DNA of 64,000 nucleotides from Trichosphaerium sp. ATCC 40318 (taxonomy: Eukaryota; Protista; Tubulinea). The DNA lies in the NCBI GenBank assembly GCA_038496445.1, contig JALMLS010000488.1, positions 266,627 to 330,626 on the forward strand, given 5' to 3'. This document shows, piece after piece, positions 1-13,870 of the stretch. The position numbers were made by a program, and so were the translations under genes. Every line of letters begins with the position of its first letter. The first letter of the stretch is position 1. The notes under the pieces are model-generated. The model saw only the letters and a list, made by a program, of their open reading frames with translations, ran no database searches and was not told the DNA's origin.

Positions 1-979
1 AGAAGATGTAATGAGTTTTCGTATACAATGATTATCTTGGTCACAGAACAGAATGTTTTTATCATGATCAAGTGTAAGTCCACTTGGCCAACTAAACAGA
101 GGCTTGTCGCCATCTTTATAACCTTGTCTTAGTTCAGAACCTGCCACAGTTCTTATAAACGAATGAGTTCATAAAACGACTAACAAATTCTTCAAGAAAT
201 GGCGTACCTTACAGTTCTATCCTCAATGTTAAAAGAACGAATAATGTGATTGCTCTTGTCTGTAAAGTACGCTATATTACCGGCAAGTGCGATGCCTGTT
301 GGGCACCACATACCTACGATAACTGGTGGCCAAACTTCCAAATAACGGTTTGACATACCTGTATCCTCTGCTCGTCCCTCAAGAGGCTTTCCCTTCGTAT
401 TTATTAAATGAGTCACCTTGTTGTCATCCTTGACATTACACACAGATAACTTATTGGCATTGTGATCAACTAAGAACACCTAACTTACATCTTTAACAAA
501 AAAAACGAACCGAAACATTGAAATTCGTAGTCACGTGCCTCCCCACTATTGGTAGCTACTATCCCCGTTATTCTATCAAATTCCTTTGCTTCAGGCAGTA
601 TACTAATAGCATTGTACACTGTTATATGATCCTACGAGTTAATAAAGTTAACGAACCGACGTTTTAAACACGTGTTTTTTAAAATATGTACCTTCACCAT
701 TGTAAGGCTTCCTAACGTTCGTGAAAGATATCTAGATACAGTGCGCAAGCATAGTATGGACGAAAGCGGTATTGATTCTGAAATGACATGTACGAGTTCT
801 GGTGGCAAATTACATAACGTTAAATGCTCTGTCAGGCATGAAAGTAAGTATTTACAGGTGCAGCGCATTGTTAAAACATCTTTCTTCGAGGTTGTGGTAG
901 ATATCATATAAACGATATCCTGGGGAAGTGTGCATAGTAAATTAATTCGTAACTTTGGTAAAGTTATTGGTGCTAACAT
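1..979 (-). CDS. Tandem F-box + NHL-repeat protein, spliced, runs off the window start
   Basis: ORF 632-979 has two F-box-like motifs (LCTLPQDIVYMI..., LCNLPPELVHVI...LRTVSRYL). Downstream exons show NHL motifs (WCPTGIALAGNIAYFTDKSNHIIR; FSWPSGLTLDHDK..LFCDQDNHCIR). Confidence 0.75.
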
Positions 980-1728
980 CTTAAAAACAAGTTGTACTAA
1001 TTGAAAGCGAGAAAACTCAAAAAATTCAAAGTTTCTTTCACATCATTGTGACCTAAACCAACGGGCTCAAGCGAACTCACCTCATACATAGAAATATGCC
1101 AATACCTTGAGATTGACTCTAAAATCGTTTGGACTAAAACTGGTCATACCAATCAGAAGCCAGAAATATCAATCGGCGCTATCATAAAGATGGTACTTTG
1201 TAAAATCCGAAAAAAAAGAGAAAATGATGTACACTGATTATTAGACTCAACCTTTCTCGCAGCAATGTTTGCCGTTTTGTTTAAGTTTCACTTGGCACCA
1301 ATCAAGTACGGGAACTGATGTAATTGTGTTTTGATTGAATTTGGCTGGAGGATATGTTAATTATATACAACCAGGAAAAACAGTCTTACTTGGGGAGTAT
1401 GGTAAATAATATACAATACATAAGGGCAGAGCAAAGAGAAAATAGATATCTCAGGACTGAGGTATCGGACACTCTAAAAAACCCGAAAAGTATGACAAAA
1501 ATAAAGTGTTCTTCTGAAGTTTTGTTGTTGGTACAATCCAAGAGGATAAGATAGTAAACCAAAAGCGAAGGCTTGTTTACGCGTAAGGAACTATCAAGTG
1601 AGGATAAATTTTGTCGACAGTTTATTACAAGGCAATAAATAGCGTTGGACAAAAAACTCCACACATTTTTGTTTGCTAAAGGGTTGGTTTGTAGTGCTAG
1701 TAATGACGTTTAAATTTATTCTCAGCCT

Positions 1729-2130
1729 CTACTTCTCCAATTTCAACCGTTTTACTTCCTTTCTCAACGCCTCGCACTCGTCTTCTAGGTCTTCAATATG
1801 GTTTGCACACTCTAGGCAACATTGGTGAGTAATTGTTTTCATGCTAATAGTCTACCTTCTAAAGTATGTCCTATTTTTTGCTTGCGACTCTTGGTCCATC
1901 CTGGACCTCTGGTATCACCAGTGTGATATTTCATTCCTTGTACCATTGCTTGGGTCTCTTTGACCATTTTTTTCTTCTCAGCGCTTCCGGGAGTGCGTGG
2001 GATTGGCTTTGTAGCTTTTTTGGGTGTTTGATAATCTCCCGCCTACAAAGAAACATGAGTGGCGTAAGCATTGGTAGCGTAAGCCAAAAACCATTCGCAC
2101 GTTCGAAGCGTTCTTGTTAGGTTCAGCCAT
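1729..2130 (-). CDS. Small 3-exon protein with C-terminal helix/leucine zipper (divergent bHLH-ZIP-like)
   Basis: Two GT-AG introns give an uninterrupted frame: MAEPNKNASN|AGDYQTPKKATKPIPRTPGSAEKKKMVKETQAMVQGMKYHTGDTRGPGWTKSRKQKIGHTLE|ECANHIEDLEDECEALRKEVKRLKLEK*. Confidence 0.6.
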
Positions 2131-3437
2131 GCGAGGTTGAGGCAGAGACTAACTCGAAAATTTGGGTTGGCTTTTCCACTCAACTCTCGCAGGTTGTGAT
2201 TTAGTGCACATAGTAGACCAACTTTTTCGTAGTCACTAAGTCGCCAAAAACAACTTTTATGTGCCCTCTTTCATATGAGCATGTTTTTTGGCGCATATCA
2301 CGTGATTTATGTTTGATACAACAACATAATTGTCAGAATAACTTTAATTTTTGTTTTAAAGTACATGTAAGCCGTCTGTGTTAATAAGTTTGGTGTTACT
2401 GATTTGAATGGTTATGTAAGAACCTATTCAAAATCGCATCATCTAATACTTCATGCTTGTCCCTTACAGTGAAGATGAGTGTAACCATACAATGTATTTT
2501 ACTTTGAGAAATGTTCGTTCATGGGAAGGACCGAGAATGGACTCACCTTAGCTCTATGGGCGATTTCCGTCTTTAAACTCATATAAATCGCTTATCCAGT
2601 GTAAAAACGCCCTGATGCCGCATCCTGAGATTACTTGAGTAAAGTCAACTTTTTTCACTTAATCGTGGTGTAGCACTTTTTAGGCACTCATCGACACAAT
2701 CCAGCTAGGTGTAGAAAAAACTACAAAAATATTTTGATTCTTTAACACTGCTGAACCCGAACAGCATAAGGAGCTCTACGTTGGGTTTTTATTGTGACAA
2801 TCTAGGTTTCGCTTTCAATGTTACATGTGGTGAATAAAAAAACACTTTGGGCATGTGAAAACCAGTAATGCTGGTACGTATTTATTAATTTTAAAACAGT
2901 CCCAGTGCACGTAACTAAAGGATTCATTACACAATGTCTGGTTGCTAGCGATAATAACAGCTACTCATAAATTTGTTAACAACATTACAAACCTCTTGAG
3001 GAGCTATGCTTCAATGAGTGAAGTGATTCACTTCAGACATGAACTTTGTATCGAACAAAAGCGTGCCACAAAACGGTACTCGCATGGTAGAACCAGGATA
3101 AACCAAAGCATAGTGAATAAGCATATTTGTAAGTTGGTATGGTAACAGCAATCTTCTGGGTGTTAGAAGTGAGTACCTAGATGTCGACAAACATAATCCT
3201 AATTTTTAGTTCGTCATTACTCATAACCTACACCTTTTTCACCCCTCATAGTTGGGTGATGGGTTCCAGTAGGTAACTAAAACGTTTTAATGTTAGCCAT
3301 GAACTACACTCTCACAGTGATGAACAAAACCGAGCTCAAAAAATGGATTATTGTTAATCTTTTTTATTGATAAACCAGGTTAATTACAACTTTGAAGTCA
3401 AACCCAAATATTGTATTTGCCTTTCTCTGTATGGGAG

Positions 3438-6400
3438 CTATCTATCTATATCAAAAACCTGATATTGTAATATTTTCAAAAGCTCCATTGGAGTAGCTTC
3501 CGTAAGCATAGAATAAATTACAATATTTTGAAACATAGAAGTGCTGGTTCTTTTAAAAAAGTGTTAGTAGAAATGGTTTGTGGTTATTGTGTAGCTACCT
3601 GCCATACTATCTTATCTTTAAGGGTCAATTTTGCTTGTTGATCATTAGGGTAGGAAACTAAACAAACCTGTAAGTTGTAGTGAACTAAAGCAAAAAAAAA
3701 CGTGCATTGGCTTTTTTTCCAGTCGGTTTCACCTTTGTAAGCTTCTGGACCATACGCAGTACTTTGCCCTTGCTTTCAAATATATTAGAAGTACACATAA
3801 AACATAGTTCTTTGTGTTGAGCTTACGTATGTTATAGTAAATGTCACTGGCGGTGAATTAGTGATAAGATTAAAAAACCTATTATTGTAGTCCTTGGAAT
3901 ACTAATTAGAATCATTCTCAAGTACTATCACGTGACGTACACAGTCCCAGAAAAAGACAGACTTATGGACGTTTGTAATAAACTCGATATCTGAACTGCT
4001 TCCTACTAACCCAAAGTCTGTCTGCGTTAAATTTGCAAGAGGCTTCCTAATGGTACGTTCAACAAAAGCTTCAAAATAGCTAAAGTGTACTTCACTGATG
4101 CCTAAAAAAAATAAAACAAGTAAGCACGTGCTCGGAAAATCAGGTCTAGGTACACCGTACCAGTTCTTTCCCCGTTATCGAATCTCTCATGGAAATATCA
4201 ACTGGTTTTTCGTTACAACCTATATCGTAGTATCTACCATCATATGCGTTTGCTTTACCGTACGCCAAGTTAGAAAAAATCTAACAGCTACCATAAGAAA
4301 AATTTTCATTACATTTATTCCACTACCTTTTCATTCGCGATGTAGATGTCTACTGAGCTTCCAGGTACTAAGTTCACGAAAACCGCACCGTTATAACACT
4401 TGGCGCGCGAGAATATTACCATTGAGGCCAAGAACACGAACAATACCTTTGTGTTTATCATGTTTAACATGGGTGGTTACAATGTCTGTGGTTAAGTCAA
4501 AGGAACTGGAATCCGGATTAAAGATATTTGCAGAGTTCCCATTATGTTCTCAGTTGTCAAGGTTGTGGCGTGCTGTAGGAAAAGAAGACGCACGTGTTAC
4601 CTCTTATTGTTGGCAAGTGCTGCAGATAATTGGGAAAGTATTTGAAGACTTGTTCTAAATCTTAATGCTACAAGTTTTTATTTTACTCTATTTTACATTT
4701 TATCTTTATCCTTATCAGTGAAAAAACTGGTTGGCCGCATTAACCACGAACCACGTTTTTCTTTTGGTGTTAAACCTTCCTTACTAGTACGAAGCATTGC
4801 GCGTACTCGTGGTCTAGTAAGAAGTGGTGTAACATTAGAAGTGTTCATTGGTCTTTGTGTTGAAGACCTTTTTGCTGTTCTCCTCCTTTTAGATACCCTG
4901 TTTATTCTCCCCGTTGTTCCACCGAAACGACCCTTGTCTTCCGGCCTGAGCTTCCTTTGAGACCACCGCTACTCGCCTGTTAACTTTATTATTACGGCCG
5001 TATGAAAAAAACAATTGAATAAAAGTTGTTTTTCATGACCGTGTTTTTTTTTTCTAAGTGCTTTAAACTATTATGTCGTACCTTATTAACATTTGATGTC
5101 ACACTAACGTGTTTCTTAGTTCGCGCTGGTACTTTTAAGCGCCATGTGATCACTTGGGAAAAAGTGTTAGTCAATCATACTTATCAAAGTAGTCAAGATG
5201 AAAAATCACGTGATTCTTTTTTTTTTTTGAGGAAGTTCTCACGTGGCATCAAACGTTATGATATGTCCCATTAAATTATCAAGAACATACCTTCATCGTT
5301 ATTTTTAAGTATATACACTGTGTTTCCTTTCAAATGACAAGCCCTTTTGTGATAAATTAGAACACGTGATCTTGAGACGAGAAAAAACTTCTGAGTAAAT
5401 TAAATGACTTTTATCGTACTTGATACGCTTTCCAATATGAAAAGTAGACGTAGGAGTACAATCAGGGCGTTCCAAGTCCCACCAGGATACATCTAAACAG
5501 TAGCGTAAGAATAATTAAAAAAATCAAGTGTTCAACTTTTACCTTCTTTAGTTGCGGCTACTACAACTTCAGACGAATAGAATGCTACCCATATAACAGG
5601 TAATCCAATACTAGAATATCATAATTTAGCGAAAACTACATCGTATGCTGCCTCCAAAAACCGTCATGACGTACCCTCTTTGTGCAGCAATCTTTATGTT
5701 TTTCTTGTTGTTAACTTTGCTAAATTTTCCAACACTTCCTCTTCTTTGGCTTTTACGGTGTTTCTTATCCGTGAATGTCTCCGAGTTTAATAGAACGTTC
5801 TTGCTCTTTCCAAAATACAACGTTCTGTAATGTGGCTTTGTAGGTTTTTTTATCAACGTTATTGTTCCAAGAGCGCCTAAAAAAACAAACAAGGCGAAAT
5901 CAATACCCGAAACGATCAAACAGTTTTTACAGAAAAAGTTATTGCCTTTATTCGAAAATAAAAAAAAACGTACCAATGGCGATAGTCGACTTCCTGAAAG
6001 CGAAACAACGTATACCAGCCTCCCACTCAGGTAATTCTATTTTAGTAGGTCCTACATTACCACCATGAGCAAAAAAGACGAAGGTTTTGTTTGTTTTTAC
6101 TTTTTTTTTTGAACTTACTTGAACGTTTTGACTTTATCCTCCAAACATAAAGTTCTTGGCTTGTATAACCTACCCACGCGTTAACAAAAAAAAAATCTGT
6201 ATTTCGTAAAGGCGAACCTGCTACATATTTTTCCAATAGTGTTGTTGCTCTGAACGGCGTTTCTAGCTCAAATGCGCTTGTCTTCAGCCTACGAGGATCT
6301 TTATTAACAAACGTGACAACATACAGCAAAAGCCACTATAAAATTAAAGTGTGAATTCTAACGTACTTTTCAGTACTCCCTTGCTGCACACAGGTCCCAA

Positions 6401-7203
6401 GCGAGATATCCCAAACTTGAAAAGCGTCGAATGAGGCCAAAAGGAGCATATTACCCTAACCACGTAAGTCACGTGATTAAAAAAAGGAAATGAATCCTAA
6501 TTTAAAAATAGACAAATGCATGTAAGGCATACTCTTAGACGTGACAATGACTCTTTCGGGCTTGGAGGGTATTGAACGCTTCCTTGTTTCCAAACCATTG
6601 GAGATAAACATCCAGAGACACTTGATTTGGCGTCGTTTACAATCTTGGAGGTACTAGAGTAGAGTGAGTTTGAAATGTATAAAGTTATAAATAAAAGCGA
6701 AAATAAAAATTGCCCAAAAAGATGTTACTCGCCATAAAAGACTCTACATAAAATAAAAGTGCCTCCAATGGTGTATTTAAGAGAATAGTTTTAACGTACT
6801 CCACTATTATAAATCCCTGTTCCAATACGAGGCAAACTTTAGATTTCTCAACAACGACGGTAAGAACATGTGCGTTTGCGAAACCAAGGTCTGATTGATC
6901 AATCTCTACTTTTTTCCGTGTTTCCATGTTATATACCACCAGTACGAATTGAGACAGCTCGTTTTTATGAAAAGATATCATTTGTTTACCGTACAGATGC
7001 CATAGTAGAACCGGGGTTGTTTTAAAGTCTACGAAATGCAAATTTTTTTCGTGTACGCTGTAAATAACATATGTCCCAGTTTCTTTATATGTAGCTACCA
7101 CGTGACCTTGTTCTACTATACTAACTGATTGCAATCTGTAGTTCTTTGTGTTGTGGATATACTTTGGAAGCTTCTTTGATATAGAATGAGTTTTGCGACT
7201 CAT
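3438..7203 (-). CDS. Multi-exon hypothetical protein (beta-rich, WD40-like N-terminal part, basic low-complexity middle); boundaries uncertain, may be more than one gene
   Basis: ORFs 6685-7203 and 6057-6329 plus GT-AG-flanked exons (e.g. LLLASFDAFQVWDISLGTC; FEAFVERTIRKPLANLTQTDF). Confidence 0.45.
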
Positions 7204-8043
7204 TTCTTGTTTTAGTTCTCCGGTGAAGGTGTTTTCAGCTCATCGGAAGGGTTTTTTTTTTTTTTTTTTAAGGTATGGCGACATTAAGCCTTGCAGTTGT
7301 GGCCGTCACACTCCGATGCTATTTAGAGTGACATGGCTATTTAAAGACGCTAGGAAACAGAGACGTTAAGGACTACACACTTTGCGCGAATACTGCACTT
7401 TGTGCACGTGATATCCACAAAAGAATTTTCGAAAAAAAAAAAAGTAGACGTCGTGTATTATCGCTTTATCGCTGTTGTTACGTTAAGATATAACATCATT
7501 TTACAATAGGGACTTTAAATAAACGTTTTGCTTTTAATACACGAATCATTTGTGATATAAGTTCCAAAAACCGCTAACGAACTACAGTATACTCACAAGC
7601 AACAAATTTTTTTCGTTTGTCGTAATGCCGTGTAGACACAAAAGTCCGAGTTTGGCGTTCATGCTCCGTGTGCTACAGCTGGGTGATACTACAGTAGAAT
7701 AATCGCTGAATAGGAAATACCAACTTCAGTTTTCACCTGCACGCCTACATGGATTTTTCTTTTTTTTTCATAGAAAGGTTTTGGGTCGTTGCTTCCGTCG
7801 TAACAAAGCCAACCCGGAAAAGTACCACTTACTTTTCTAAGGACCTTAAACTTTCGTGAAAAATACTGCGGCTCAAAGTGTGGACATATATGTGCGGCTC
7901 CATGATATTCACAACTTTTCTACACAAGAGTTTGTATTGGAAAGTAACTTACGCGATTGTACAGCATGAAATATGAGGGTCTTTGTTTGGCAACAATTTC
8001 AAAAATCATGTGTTATGGAGAACTAAGGTTAAATGACTTTTAT

Positions 8044-9456
8044 TTAAGATACATATACACCGCGCTTGCGTAGGATCTCTATGTATTCTTTACTGACATT
8101 GGTACCAGTATTCAAATGAATATGACGTAAACATACCAAAGCTTTAATACCTTCATCTGTTACTCCAGAACAACCTTGTACATCGATCGTGTGTACACTT
8201 GACAACGCTTTAATACCTGAATCGCTCACCTTTGTGAACGCGACTCTGATGTCGTGTACGCCAGCCAACGCCTTGATACCTTCATCTGTTATTCTAGTGC
8301 AATATGTCAAGGTGATATTGTGTACACCAGACAACGCTTTGATGCCATAATCGCTCACAGATGTGAACGATAAATTGATCGTATGCACACCGCCCAATGC
8401 CATTACACCGAGGTCTGATATGTCACCACAATTCCTCAAGTAGATTGTGTGTACACCTGACAATGCTTTGAGGCCTTCATTGCGTATGTTGGTGTAAGAT
8501 AAATTAATTTCATGTACACCGGCTAGCGCCATGATACCTTTGTCTGTTATTTGTTTACAACGCTGCAAATAGATTGTGTGTACACCAGCCAAAGCTTTGA
8601 TGCCTTCATCATGTACGTTTACACACCCATTGAGGTTGATTTGGTGTACGCCAGCTAACGCTTTGATACCTTCATCAGAAATGTTTTTGCAATCCACCAA
8701 AACAGCATTTTGAACTCCTGCCAGCGCCTTTAGCCCTGTGTCTGTCACTTTTGTGTGTGACATATCAATTTCTTGTACGCCAGCCAATGCTTGTACGCCC
8801 TCATCTGTAATCGAGTAACATCTGGACAAGTATATTACTTGTACACCAGCCAATGGTTTTAAGCCTTCATCTGTTATTTTAGTACAACACAAGTCGATAG
8901 TGTGTACACCTGACAGTTCTTTGATGCCTTCATCTATTAAAGGGCATTCGCAACTTGTCAAGTAAAGAGTGTGCACGCCTGCCAATGATTTGATACCTTC
9001 ACTCGTTATTTGATTACAACGACTCAAGTTGATAGTATGTACGCCAGATAATGCCTTTAAACCTGAGTCTCTCACGTCTGTGTGAGATAAATCAATCTCG
9101 TGGACACCTATCAATGCACTGATGCCTTTGTGCGTTACTCCTAAACAGCCGCTCAAGTCTATAGTGTGTACGCCCGCAAGTAAGTCCAATTGGCTATCGT
9201 TGGCAGTACTACAAATACCAAAGAGCGAGATGTGTGTGTTCTGAAGTAAAGGGCTCCCAGAAAGCATCAGCAATTGATTTTCGTTTGAGACACATATTTC
9301 TTTGTATCCAACGTGGTTATGTACGATATCATGCATAAGGTGGCAAGTTTGTGCTGAACGTAAAGTAAAGGTCCCACATTTCAAGATATGAACTATTGTT
9401 TCTACTGGTAGTGCGAGGAGCCCAAATATTTCAGTATCTGCTTCGTCATGCTGCAT
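8044..9456 (-). CDS. F-box/leucine-rich-repeat protein, intronless
   Basis: N-terminal F-box (LLALPVETIVHIL) followed by many short LRRs of the type LAGVHTIxLSxCxxITDEGIKA. Confidence 0.9.
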   Translation of the reverse strand: MQHDEADTEIFGLLALPVETIVHILKCGTFTLRSAQTCHLMHDIVHNHVGYKEICVSNENQLLMLSGSPLLQNTHISLFGICSTANDSQLDLLAGVHTIDLSGCLGVTHKGISALIGVHEIDLSHTDVRDSGLKALSGVHTINLSRCNQITSEGIKSLAGVHTLYLTSCECPLIDEGIKELSGVHTIDLCCTKITDEGLKPLAGVQVIYLSRCYSITDEGVQALAGVQEIDMSHTKVTDTGLKALAGVQNAVLVDCKNISDEGIKALAGVHQINLNGCVNVHDEGIKALAGVHTIYLQRCKQITDKGIMALAGVHEINLSYTNIRNEGLKALSGVHTIYLRNCGDISDLGVMALGGVHTINLSFTSVSDYGIKALSGVHNITLTYCTRITDEGIKALAGVHDIRVAFTKVSDSGIKALSSVHTIDVQGCSGVTDEGIKALVCLRHIHLNTGTNVSKEYIEILRKRGVYVS

Positions 9457-9862
9457 TTTGCAAAAACGTGTGGAAAAAAGTAAAAACGACTTAAGTGTAC
9501 AAGTTAAGCCTTAAAAAAAATATCGACAATGATAGAGATCTTACTTTTCTGGCTACAAACCGGTTACCGTTTAGGTTATGAAAACCAGTTAACATCAACT
9601 TCTTATTTGGGCAGCATGCTTTTGAGCCAGTTTCTAATTTTTGAAACAGGCTCAAGGGTCGGAAGTAGTGCAATTACACTAGTTTTTGGAAGAGTTCCTT
9701 TGGATATGTCAAGTACTTTAGCGCCAAGGGCCTTTAAATTTTGGAAGATAGGAATTACTTGAGCGCTTTTTTAGACAATTTCAATGGCTGGTACGTTTTT
9801 TTTTATGGATGAAGGTGTGGTTTTTATTTTGATGATACATCATAACATACGACTCTAAGTTG

Positions 9863-10434
9863 TTACTTTGCAGTGACATCAGATTCCTTTGAAACACCAC
9901 CCCATTTGGAGTAGTCAACTTCAAACTTAGGAGCCAATTGGAAGATACCATGGAAGTTTTGTTTTGGCATGTCCTTGTCGAGTTTTGGGAATGCGAACTT
10001 GAATCCTCTGCTCTTCGTTCTAAAAAACAATGGTGAGTTGACACTGGTGAGGTGAAAAAATATAAAAAGGTTTAGAGTTGGATCAGAAGAGCTGATTTTG
10101 ATAAAGACAAAATACATGAACGACCAGTTTTATTCATTGATCAAAAAAATAAGATGTAGAAAGTTGTTTGTGCTTTGAGAACGTACTTTCCAGCAGGGAT
10201 ATGACCGAAATCGAGTGTAACTTTATCGAGATCACCGTGACCACCGCATGTCATAACCTCAGAGTGGAATGGAGAGTCTTCATCAACATCGACATAAGCC
10301 AAGCAGTCGGTGATTGGAATTGGAAGCTTGTTGGTGAACTTTACTTTACAACAGTATGTTGTCTTGTCATCGAGGTTTGCTGGTACGTCGTACTCAACCT
10401 TAACGCAGCCGTCTTCAACGCAGATAGAAGTCAT
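9863..10434 (-). CDS. Small 2-exon hypothetical protein (beta-sandwich-like)
   Basis: MTSICVEDG...FGHIPAGK spliced (gtacgt...ttttag) in frame to TKSRGFKFAFP...SDVTAK*. Confidence 0.65.
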
Positions 10435-11442
10435 TATTTTAGTGAGTGAGTTGTGGGTTTGTTTGGGGTTGTAACTGAGATATGAACCTAAGTAATACAA
10501 AGAAGTTAAGTTTCTGAATTCTGAAAACTGCGTTCCTGGCGTTTAGTGATCGTTGACACTTTAAACTAGAACGCCGTCATATTGCTACTATACCCTTGTA
10601 AGCAACCGACGGCAGAAAAGTACCTTTTCTCAAACAGTTAAGTGAAACATTGTAGATCGGCGGTTTTTTGATAAATATTCTGTAGCTTGTGCCAAAAAAA
10701 CTACTGGCGTTTTGTGATTACTGACATCTACTCAAAACAAAACGCCTCAGCGCTTAGAATAGACCTTTAGGACTCTAGGTGTATCACGTTATGTAGGTCG
10801 GTCGTGTCAATGCAGTACACTTTTAGAAATGAAGTCAAACATGCTTGTAAGTTGTTACATGATAGCAGTTAGTTTGTAGTTCAGTGTTATTGTAGTTTTT
10901 GAGTACTTCAAAACCAATGTTATAACAACAACTGACGCAACTAAGGTTTTTTTTACTTGTCATCTATCGACGTAGACGTTGTTTCTTGCGCCTACAAGAA
11001 AGGTATTTTTGAAACATGCTTTGGCTTCAACTTTAACAAATTAGTTTACCACTATAGCATCCTAATTCTTCAATTTGGGACCATGGACTGCTATGGACGC
11101 ACTTAAATTTTGTTACGAACTCACGGAATAGCTCAATAGATCATAGCAGCAATTTCTTTGCGTAAGGAAGTGGTCTCGACCGTATTTTGCTGTAGATGTA
11201 CAAGCTATACTTCCTTATATCTCATTCTATCCATAACAATGCCAAGAGTATCAAAAGTATTCCGTAAAAGGAGGACAGCAATCTCCAAGATCACGATTTT
11301 ATGCCTTAACTTCGATGTCACGTGAATAAAAACCAAAGTTAACACGCTCTGTGGTGAACGGAAAACGCTTGTGTACCTGACAAGGTCTTTCTTCGCTCAT
11401 TTTTTCACAAAAAACAAAGAAAACATACCAAACACATCAAGC

Positions 11443-12679
11443 ATGCGTCTGCTGACGCTTTTATTTATAATTTCAATATTATTGGGTCTTATAAACACAC
11501 AATTGGCGCTTTCACGCGCTACCCAAATTGTAAGGATAGATTATCAACCTCCATTCGCCGAAAGAGGTACCTGACTTGTTTTGTCGTTCTAGACAACTTT
11601 TTTTGGTTATGACTTACTGTTTCGTCCAAAGGATGCCCTGTTTTTAATGGAGCAGCGAGCAGTATACAACTGTATGTATTATTTTACGTTTTATCACGTG
11701 ATTTTTTTTTTGTATTCCGTGAGGGTGAACTAAATAATATCTCCGAGCAGAAAGAACTTCGATTCAGCTTACTATGTTACAACTGGAATGGACTCAACTG
11801 TTTTTCGCATCGAGTTTGACCTTTGTACTAACACTGTACGGAGTTCAAGTGATATTTTTTAATTTTGACTTTTAATTTCTTAGCAACAATGTACAGCGGA
11901 TGCTGCTATAGGAGGATTTGATATTTTTGGCGGGTACAGAAAGTCTATCAATACGTTTTTTTATTCAAGTTTTTTCATAGAAATTTGCTTTGGTCAAGAC
12001 AACCTTCTGATGGTGTTGATGTTGCTGCAATCGTTCAAATAGGCTTAGATGATGTAGCTTCATGTGCTACATCTATAAAGTGCTTGGTGGATTTAGCAGA
12101 GATTGGCCCAAGTAAGTTTGGTATTAGTTGCTTACTAGGTTGTTAAACGTGCTAGTTGCCACAATGAATGAGCGTGAAGTATTTGCACTTTCAAAAACTT
12201 CAAGTGTTACAGGTTTCTCAGGTGTATTGCATCTTTGGGATTATCCTGATATACCAGGAGGTAACTGCATAAATAGGCGCAGTTATTCTATTCCTGAAGC
12301 AAATTGCCTAGACCCTCAAGGTAAGATAAGGTTTGAAACAATAAATAGCTAAAAAGCAAATCACGTGTTTTCTTAACATTTTTTTGCCTATCATGGTACA
12401 TCTCTGACTTGGTTGTTAGATATTTCAAGACTTAATGGTGATATCGTGGGTATACTATGTAGAGACAATATTGTGATTGGATTTAATTTCAGAACACTTC
12501 GTTTTGCTGATGAAACATTTCCTGGATTTAGTATTAATCCTCTGGCTCCAGCTTTTTCATTTGATGTTATATTTCCAAGGACAGAAGAAGAAAGAAGTTC
12601 TATTCGATTAATCCGTAGAGAATCAATTGTGTTGGAACCACCACCAGAGAAATTGCACTCCATTGAAGAAGAGCTTTAG
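11443..12679 (+). CDS. Multi-exon secreted hypothetical protein
   Basis: Signal-peptide-like start MRLLTLLFIISILLGLINTQLA, several short GT-AG introns, terminal exon in ORF 12413-12679. Confidence 0.55.
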
Positions 12680-12920
12680 AAATGTCAAAATAAGTAGCTC
12701 AACCTTTTTTTTTCTGGACCTCTTTTGACACTCTTGTTAGAAATACATAACTTATACACCTTCTATTAAAACCATAATTTAAGAATAACGTCCAGCGCAT
12801 ACTGAGTAATATATCACTTACGCATCATTCTTGCTGAAGCTCGAGCGCTAGGTTTCACGTCACAGTCAAACATATTCTATGTTATTTTTCAATAGAACTC
12901 AAAGCTCACGTGATATTTCG

Positions 12921-13870
12921 ATGTACTTTTCAACCCTGAGTTTCGTTCTAACGTGCATCGTCGTAGTATCAATAAATGCAGCGCCAATGCGTGGCATTGG
13001 TATTGCTGACCACTACAAGTGTGAAGACGTGGATACTCTCCAAACAAGTTGGTTTTACAACTGGTTTGGGACTCACCCATGCCCAGGTAACCTTATTTTT
13101 CTGTTGAGTACTGTATGTACTGCTTTACTTATTTGACCAAATGTAACGAATTTAGGACAAACCAAAATACCTTGGATACCAATGATATTCGGCGCAAAGG
13201 ACATACATCTGACAGAAAAATTGAAAGGTCAGCTGACTTTTAAACTGCTTGTTTCTAATGAACACGTGCTTAGGTTCTAACTACGATGCTCTACTTGGAT
13301 TCAACGAGCCAAACGCTCACAACCAAGCTAACATGACTGTACAAGAGGCTTTAGATTTATGGCCACAACTCATGGCGACAGGACTTCGTCTTGGTAGTCC
13401 AGCTGCTGCCGCTTTTGACAGAGGTGCTTTCACGTGGACTAAGCAATTCATGGACGGTGCAAAACAACGTGGGTATAGAGTTGACTTTATCGCTCTTCAT
13501 TGGTACATCAACAAGGGTCTCACGCTACAAACAATGAGAGAGTTCTTTCAAGAAGTAAGAACGACTTATCCTGGATACAAAGTATGGTTGACTGAATTCG
13601 CAAACACAACTGGTACAATGCAAGAGAATATAGACTACTTCAATGGCGTCTATGATATGATTTCAGGAGAATTCTCGGATATTGTAGAACGGTACGAAAG
13701 AAAAGTAGTGACCTTCCTTGGTTTTTTTTACCGAAGTTAACACTTCAACAAGGTATGCTTGGTTTACGAGCAGATGGAGTAATCATCCTGGAGATTACTA
13801 TTTGATAGATGATAAAACTAATGGACTTACTGAAATAGGTCACGTATATGTTAGCAAGCCAAAGCAATAA
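12921..13870 (+). CDS. Secreted glycoside hydrolase family 128 (beta-1,3-glucanase, Glyco_hydro_cc)
   Basis: Signal peptide; motifs SWFYNW, IPMIFG, LLGFNEP, LGSPA, DFIALHWY, VWLTEF, VERYAWF; three introns. Confidence 0.88.

Noticed and set aside
2400-3300. Exon-like blocks with GT-AG boundaries on the plus strand
   Set aside because: Could not assemble a stop-free frame or recognise a domain.
4098-4960. Plus-strand ORFs of 186 and 80 aa
   Set aside because: Antisense shadows of the spliced minus-strand gene.
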